Assembly: GCA_964016885.1 (NCBI GenBank)
Contig: OZ024749.1
Span: 55,180,001 to 55,244,000, forward strand
Reading direction: 5' to 3'
Length of the DNA: 64,000 nt
DNA from: Eledone cirrhosa
Lineage: Eukaryota
Below the pieces are notes generated by a model, which had not been told where the DNA came from, ran no database searches, and saw nothing but the letters and a program-made list of their open reading frames with translations. The position numbers and the translations under genes are program-made. Positions 56,707 to 64,000 of this stretch are shown here, piece after piece. Positions within the stretch are counted from its first letter, which is position 1. Every line of letters starts with the position of its first letter.

Positions 56707-56777
56707 CATACACACACACAGTGCCAAAAAATGAGCGTTGTGGAAGGAGAGAATGCTGAGAGAAATGAAGAGACTAG

Positions 56778-56859
<82 letters not shown>

Positions 56860-57249
56860 TATATATATACATATATATATAGAGAGAGAGATACATACAT
56901 AAATACATATACATATGAATGTATATGTATATACATATACATATGAATGTATATACATATACATATGAATGTGTATATATATATATATATATATATACAT
57001 ACTAACATAAGTACTTAAGCAATATAAAATGTATAATTTCCGCTGACCTATAAAAGTAAAAGCAATTGAAGTCATTGAATGCTTATTCATCGTCAAGTTT
57101 TCGGTATTGGGAGGTCAGTGTGTTTCACACAACCAACGAGAGGACTAAATGTTGGAGCAGATATCATAGTCATATCTAAGTATAAAATAATGTCGACCAT
57201 CTTGGTATTACTTGAAAGAGAAGAAACAGTAGCAGATATAGCATCTGTA

Positions 57250-57602
57250 TTAGTAGGATTTGGAACTAAGGGTAGCATACAACTGTGTTAAGAAAATTAG
57301 ATATAGCGTCTCCAAGACCTATGGTAGTGTACTAACCTTTGAAACCTCAGGTATCGTACAACTGTGTTGAGAAACTTAGATGTAGCGTCTCTATGACCTA
57401 TACTAGGGTAGGATTCGAAACCTCAGGTATCGTACAACTGTGTTGAGAAACTTAGATGTAGCGTCTCTATGACCTATACTAGGGTAGGATTCGAAACCTC
57501 AGGTATCGTACAACTGTGTTGAGAAACTTAGATGTAGCGTCTCTATGACCTATACTAGGGTAGGATTCGAAACCTCAGGTATCGTACAACTGTGTTGAGA
57601 AA
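57250..57602. repeat. 76-bp tandem repeat: three identical units plus a diverged first unit
   Basis: 'caactgtgttgagaaa' at 57359, 57435, 57511 and 57587; diverged copy at 57280. Confidence 0.95.
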
Positions 57603-57724
57603 GTTATTCTTTTATCCGTCATTATACTTGGACATCTCAACAAAAAGAATCAGAATGTTGCAGCAGAGGAGACTGAAGTGAAGATACATCCATAGGCCCC
57701 AGAAAAGGAGGATATCTTATGTAA

Positions 57725-57950
57725 TAGTGGTTTCTAGTTAAGGGACAAGACCAGGGATTTCTGTGGGTGGGGGTAAAGTTCATTGCATCAATTGCGGTAC
57801 TTAACTGGTACTTTCTTTTTAGTTTATAAACCCAAGAAAGGATGAAAGGCAAAGTGGGTGGACATGAGAGAGATTTGAGCTCAGGACCTAGAGAACTGTA
57901 ACTAAATACTACGAAGCATTTTGTCCAGTCCTCTAACAATACTGTTATTG
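57725..57950 (-). mobile_element. SINE S1, diverged
   Basis: 'aactggtactt..aggatgaaaggcaaagt..atttgagctcag'. Confidence 0.7.
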
Positions 57951-58716
57951 CAACACCCAACACATCAGTTATAATTATACACACACCCTTCTTCCGCACA
58001 TATATTATATAAGACTACTTTAGCGACTTCAGATCAAAATACAACTCGAACGTACAACGACCTTTTGAATGTAGCAAAATATATTATATTTAGCGACATC
58101 AGATACGAACTAACAGCTGACTAATTTAAGCCAAATACAAAAAACAATATTGCAAAAACAGGAAATAGTTTAGAAAAAATAGGATATGGTTACGCAATAG
58201 ACATACAGAGACTGAATCATGTTTTATTTTGAACAATGAAACAACGATTTCAGTAAATTGAGGATAGGATCTCAAAAATTAGAAACAGTTAATGTTGGTG
58301 CCCCAGCATAGCCTCAGTCTTTTGGTTGGAACACGTAATATAGAAGAGTAAAAATATTACAGAAGAAATATGAAAATAAGAGATCAGAACTCAAGAAAAT
58401 AGCAGAGACATTGGAAACCACTCTAGAATCAACCCGTTTCATTGATATTAAAGAATTACAAATGCCGAATGTCCAACTCCATATACTTAAGGAAAGTAGA
58501 GTTTAGATATTATTATAGGATATATAATTAATGTCGAAAGGTTTAGGCTTGACTGTTGGGCATGGTAGCCTATAATATGTGTACAGTATATATATAGAAA
58601 GAGAGGGGGAGAGAGGGGGGCAGACAGAAAGAGAAATAGGAAGAGTTATGAATGTACATACACTAAAAATTTCAACAACATATATAGCACCTTTGTCACT
58701 GCTATACTCTCTCCCT

Positions 58717-58802
<86 letters not shown>

Positions 58803-59057
58803 TGTATACGTTTAGAGAAAAATATATATATACCTACACACACAGAAGTATATATAAATACATATATATACATATATATATAAATACACACACAGTCATA
58901 TATATATATATATACACACCACACATATGTATAGACACAATAGTGTCCAAACATTGATACAAGCCTTAACTCTCCAGTCTATGTAAACATGACAATATAA
59001 AGTCTCGGTAAATCTACTCCCCGGACACAAATACACAGGTTTTAGACTTAATTAAAT

Positions 59058-59153
<96 letters not shown>

Positions 59154-60105
59154 TCTTCTTACTCCCATCAACTCTTACCTGTATTTTCTACCTCAACTTA
59201 CCGACAACTTCTTACACCACCACCCCCTCATACGACCCCCCTCTCTCTTTCCTTTCACAATCGCTGGATCGATGTTTCTGGTTAAGACCCCCTCTTTTGT
59301 TCTCTGCACACGTACCTTTCTGCCAATGTCATGGCATAAAGACGCCGTGCAAACATACGTCTATAAACCTATAAACATAGGCACACACACACACACACGG
59401 TGTCTGTCTGGGTGCATGTGTATATATATATATATATATATATACAAGCACCCAGACGCACACACATACATATCTCTCTCTCTTCCCTCTCTATCTGCCC
59501 TCTCTCTCTCTCCCCCTCTCTCCTCTCTCCCCTCTCTCTCCTCCTCTCTCTCGCCCTCTCTCCCTTTTTCTCTCTCCTCTCTCTCCCCTCTCACCCCTCC
59601 CCCTTCCTCACCCCACTCTCCCTCTCCCCCTCTCCTCCCTCTCTCTCTCTCTCCTTCCCTCTCATGCTGTCGATGCTGTGAAGTTTGTTTAGTTCATACA
59701 AATTATGCGCTAGTGAAGTATTTTTCCTTGTTCAGTCCAGCGAAAATACTTGTTTGGCTGTTCTGTTTTGCGGATGTGGGTTAGAGGGAAGGGGTACCCC
59801 CCCCCCCACCACCACCACCACCACCACCTCAACAGCAACTATACAACACTCTATCCGAATCCTCCTCTCTATATCAACTACACTGAACACTCTTCCAATC
59901 CCCCTCACTATATCAATTACCTCCAAACTCTCCCCCTCTCTATATCTATATCTATATCTCTCCCATCTATCTCTACATAACATGTACACATGTACATAAT
60001 TGTAGCGCATATACAAATAGATGTGTTTTGGTAGTTTGGGGAGAAACATATAATTATTAGGGGCGGATATGGCACCCTTCCTCCCCCCCCCCATTTCCAC
60101 CGCCC

Positions 60106-60152
<47 letters not shown>

Positions 60153-60282
60153 ACCAAAAGGCACAAATATTATAGGGGTGGTTACTTTTTTTTAGAGGAA
60201 AGTTTCACATCGTGTTTATATTATCTAAGAAACATTTTAAGGAAGAACTCTTTAAAAGCAGATGAGTCAACAACAAACATGG

Positions 60283-60842
60283 ATCCCGCCGAGGTCAGTT
60301 TGGTATTTCATCCTTACGGAGTCGATAAAATAAAGTACCAGTAATACACTGGAGGCGATGCAATCGACTTTCCCCTCCCCCCAGATTACTGGCCTTGTGC
60401 CTATGCTAGGAATCATTATTGTTAGGGCGGTGAATTGGCAGTATCGGTAGAGGGTTGAACGCCATGCTTTGCAGCATAGAGTTACGTTCCTTTATGGTCG
60501 TAGTTCAAATCCTGTCGAGGTTAACTTTGCCTTTCATCCTTACGGGGTCGATAAAATAAAGTACCAGTAATGTACTGGGTATTTGCTGGCCTTGTGCCAA
60601 AAGTAGAAACAATTATTGTTATGGCAGTATCGGTGGAGCGTTGGACAATATGCATTGCGGTATAGAGTTACAGCCCTTTATGATTTAAGTTCAAATCCCG
60701 CTGAGGTCAGCTTTGCCTTTCATCCTTACAAGGGCAATAAAATAATGTACCAGTAATACACTGGGGTTGATTTAATCGACTTTCTCCTCCCCTTCAACCC
60801 TTCAAATTGCAGGCCTTGTGCCTAAAGTAGAAACAATTATTA
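60283..60842 (+). mobile_element. Head-to-tail trimer of SINE S1 (60283-60420, 60426-60617, 60622-60842)
   Basis: Core 'tttcatccttac..ataaaataa.gtaccagtaat' and tail 'ggccttgtgcc' occur three times. Confidence 0.9.
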
Positions 60843-61910
60843 TGTGTTTGTTTGTGTGTGTGTGTGTGTGTGTTTGTTTGTTTGTGTGTGTGTGTGTGTG
60901 TGTGTGTGCTTGTTTGTTTGTGTGTGTGTGTGTGTGTGTTTGTTTGTTTGTTTGTTTTGTCTGTTTTGTTTGTTTTTTACTCGTAGTAAATTAAAGGTTG
61001 GCTTGTTGCCGTATTTGTCTGGTTCCCAGAGATTGGCGGGATTGCAGGTATATAACCGGCTTTAAAACAACCAACAACCTTCAGGGTTACCAAAATGGCT
61101 GGCGATTTCGTTAAATGCTTTTGTGTGTGAGAGCGTATGACTACGTTAGTGAGTGTGTATGTGTTTCTATGAGTGAGTTTGTGTATCTTTGTGGGAGTGT
61201 GGTCAGCATGTGAAGTGTGTGTGTGTGTGAGAGCGTATGACTGCGTGAGCGAGTGTGTGTGTGTGTGTTTGCGTGTGTGTGAAGGTATGTGTTTCTATGG
61301 GTGAGTTTGTGTATCTTTGTGGGAGTGGGGGAGTGTGTGTCAGCATGTGTAAGTGTGTGTGTGTGTAAGTGCATGCGTGTGTGTATGAGTGTGTGAGTTT
61401 ATGTGTCTGTATATGAGCGTACAGTATACGTGTCTGTGAGTGTGTGTGTGTGTTGTGTGTGAGTATGTGTCTGACTATGAGCGTATGTGTGTGTGAGAAT
61501 GTGTGTGTGTTTAGCTATACAGTAGTATATATACGTCTGTATGTTGTATGTATGTGTATATGTGTGTGTTTGTTTAACAACGCAGTAGTGTATAGACGTG
61601 TGTATGTTGTATGTATGTATGTCTATATTATGTGTGTGTATACGTTTACGTGTATATGTGTGTGTTTAACATCACATTAGTGTATATAGGTGTCTAAGTT
61701 GTGTGTATGTATGTCTATGTTATGTGTATCTGTGTATATATATGTGTGTCTGCGTTGTGTATGTGTGTATATATGTGTGTGTGTGTGTGTGTATGTGTGT
61801 GTGTGTATATATGCGTGTTTAACATGAGAGTAGTTTAAAGCAATCTCAGCAATGTCTAGTACTACATTCCTAGAAAGTAATGAATTCCGGTAGCAATGTC
61901 ACTACAATTG

Positions 61911-62104
61911 CATGTACTAAATACACAGCTAGTAGAGAGAGAGTGTAGAGCATGTACTAAATACACAGCTAGTAGAGAGAGAGTGTAGAGCATGTACTAA
62001 ATACACAGCTAGTAGAGAGAGAGTTTAGAGCATGTACTAAATACACAGCTAGTAGAGAGAGAGTGTAGAGCATGTACTAAATACACAGCTAGTAGAGAGT
62101 GTAG
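61911..62104. repeat. 40-bp tandem repeat, about 5 copies
   Basis: 'catgtactaaatacacagctagtagagagagagtgtagag' at 61911, 61951, 61991, 62031 and 62071. Confidence 0.97.
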
Positions 62105-62293
62105 AAGACAGCGGAATATACTTAACTACACAAACGCTTGCGTAGAAACTCGTACATACATGCACACATACATACTTATACACACACACATAAATACATA
62201 CACACAAACATATATATATATATAGACACAATACATATATATATATATACAATATATTAATAAATGGAAACTATATTTATAAAACCATATTTA

Positions 62294-62355
62294 TTTTATT
62301 ATACATATTTCAAGGGCCACCAAGGCAAATTATGGTGCGCTTTCATCAGATAAAA
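62294..62355 (-). ncRNA. Type-I hammerhead ribozyme motif, family D (element about 62249-62490)
   Basis: Minus strand: ttttat-CTGATGA-aagcgcacca..tggtggccctt-GAAA-tatgta-TA-ataaaa. Confidence 0.8.
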
Positions 62356-62737
62356 TGCAGATTTGTTTTATAAATAAATATTGACATACCCGGAAAAAAT
62401 ACAACCTTAACGGTTGGAGCTTCCTGGATAGTGGAGATAGTACATTTATTGAGGGTAATACAAAGTTATAAGTGAGTATGCAAATGAGTGTCCGAAAGGA
62501 CACACACACACATATATATATACACACACACACAACACAGACACACATATATATACACAGACACACATAACATAGACATACATACACACAACTTAGACGC
62601 CTATATACACTAATGTGATGTTAAACACACACATATACACAGACAGATATATACACACACACATATAACATAGACATACATACATACACACAACAAATTA
62701 AATATAACCTCTGCATATATATATATATATATATATA

Positions 62738-62858
62738 TTGTTATACTTGGGAGGGACATATTGTTGTAATAATATTGCCAGTATTATTACAATAATATGA
62801 CCCTCCCCAAGTATAACGATATATGTTTCGACACACGATTTCATATCAAAAACCTTGC
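62738..62858 (+). mobile_element. Family A-related short fold-back copy in (TA)n
   Basis: Starts 'ttgttatacttgggaggg', inverted repeat 62738-62778 / 62783-62820, tail 'tttcgacacacgatttca' as in family A. Confidence 0.8.
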
Positions 62859-62979
62859 ATATATATACATATATGAAAATTAGAAAATTCTAATTTTCAG
62901 TTTCTGCTTGACCGGTAACCGCTCTGTATAATCAGTTCCTGGTTATTACTGAAATTCTATAAGAATCAAACATTCATCA

Positions 62980-63072
62980 TTTTCAGCAAACAAGCGGAGT
63001 AGTTAGCTTTGATAAGCACCAAAAAGTGCGTAACAGGGCTCTGTCAGCTTTATCTCCCCTGTTTGCTGAAAA
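62980..63072 (+). ncRNA. Degenerate hammerhead motif inside a long stem I
   Basis: agct-TTGATAA-gcac caaaaa gtgc-GTAAC-agggctct-GTC-agct, enclosed by ttttcagcaaaca / tgtttgctgaaaa. Confidence 0.6.
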
Positions 63073-63177
63073 TTGAAGTAAGTGAGACTGTCACTACTCT
63101 AAAACAATAGCGTAAGGTCTTCGAAATTCTTTTAATTAAGCATTCAGTGTATTGCAAAATACACAATATATACATTC

Positions 63178-63249
<72 letters not shown>

Positions 63250-63252
<3 letters not shown>

Positions 63253-63320
63253 GGAACGAGTAGGACCCCGACGGCTGAGCTCAAGCCGTTTCGACGGCTA
63301 ATTCTGGAATCTTTTCCTAT
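63250..63320 (-). mobile_element. Family B single-arm copy in (TA)n
   Basis: One arm, bounded by ataggaa / ttcctat; a further fragment lies at 54911-54950. Confidence 0.8.
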
Positions 63321-63346
63321 ATATATATATATTCTGCCTCTTTTCC

Positions 63347-63360
<14 letters not shown>

Positions 63361-63381
<21 letters not shown>

Positions 63382-63531
63382 TACAGTTTAAGCAAAAAAT
63401 CGCTGCTTTCACCCTGAACGGGATCTTCTTAAACTCTAAATTTTTGTTCTACGGTTTTTATACATATTTATATATATATAATCCTTATCGAGCCCTTTTC
63501 GGATTTTAGTTTCACTTTTTTATTATTACTA
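63361..63531 (+). mobile_element. Family E terminal fragment
   Basis: Reverse complement matches both 3579-3666 and 5861-5950. Confidence 0.7.
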
Positions 63532-63571
63532 TATATATATAATATATATATATATATAATATATATATATA

Positions 63572-63604
<33 letters not shown>

Positions 63605-63819
63605 TTCATTGTTAGACATGTGAAATTACCAGGGAAGAACTTTGACAATTATTCCAAACGAATGAAATAGTTCTAGTCCTTTTCTCTATGGCACATACCA
63701 TGTCTCTTCTTTACCTAATGTGTTTACTGCCCTATCTATCCACCTATCTATCTATATCTATCTCTATATATATACAATGATATTAAATAAATGGAAACTA
63801 TATTTATAAAACCATATTT

Positions 63820-63878
63820 ATTCTATTATATATATTTCAAGGGTACCAAAACTTTGGTACGCTTTCATCAGATAAAAT
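63820..63878 (-). ncRNA. Type-I hammerhead ribozyme motif, family D second copy (element about 63775-63945)
   Basis: Minus strand: attttat-CTGATGA-aagcgtaccaaa gt tttggtaccctt-GAAA-tatata-TA-atagaat. Confidence 0.8.
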
Positions 63879-64000
63879 CGAAGTGTGTTTTATAAATTTT
63901 GACATAACCAAAGAAAATACCTTAACGGTTCAAGTTTTCCTTGGATATATATATAATATATACATACATATATATATAGAGAGAGAGAGAGATAGTGTAT

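Noticed and set aside
60059-60108. 50-bp unit with 8-bp inverted ends (aggggcgg / ccgcccct)
   Set aside because: Possibly a MITE remnant, but too short and single-copy here to support

Overview
AT-rich eukaryotic non-coding DNA saturated with microsatellites. The SINE families suggest an octopus or other coleoid cephalopod genome (inference). I found no convincing multi-exon gene. Nearly all supplied ORFs are translations of simple repeats, and only two weak candidate exons are noted. Recognisable content: many tRNA-derived SINE copies from at least three families, a decayed Penelope-like (Naiad-type) reverse transcriptase at about 14.2-14.8 kb, minisatellites and very long TA tracts. The main hidden signal is a set of short (0.1-0.8 kb) non-coding elements embedded in (TA)n/(TG)n microsatellites, from several unrelated families. 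They carry minimal type-I hammerhead ribozyme motifs (CUGANGA...GAAA...NUH). About six motifs look intact or nearly so, and several more are degenerate or half motifs. Several elements are fold-back palindromes with a 3' tail on one arm only, the architecture of Penelope-like pLTRs. Together this suggests a microsatellite-targeting, ribozyme-processed, non-autonomous retroelement system. All coordinates were read by eye, and repeat boundaries are approximate.
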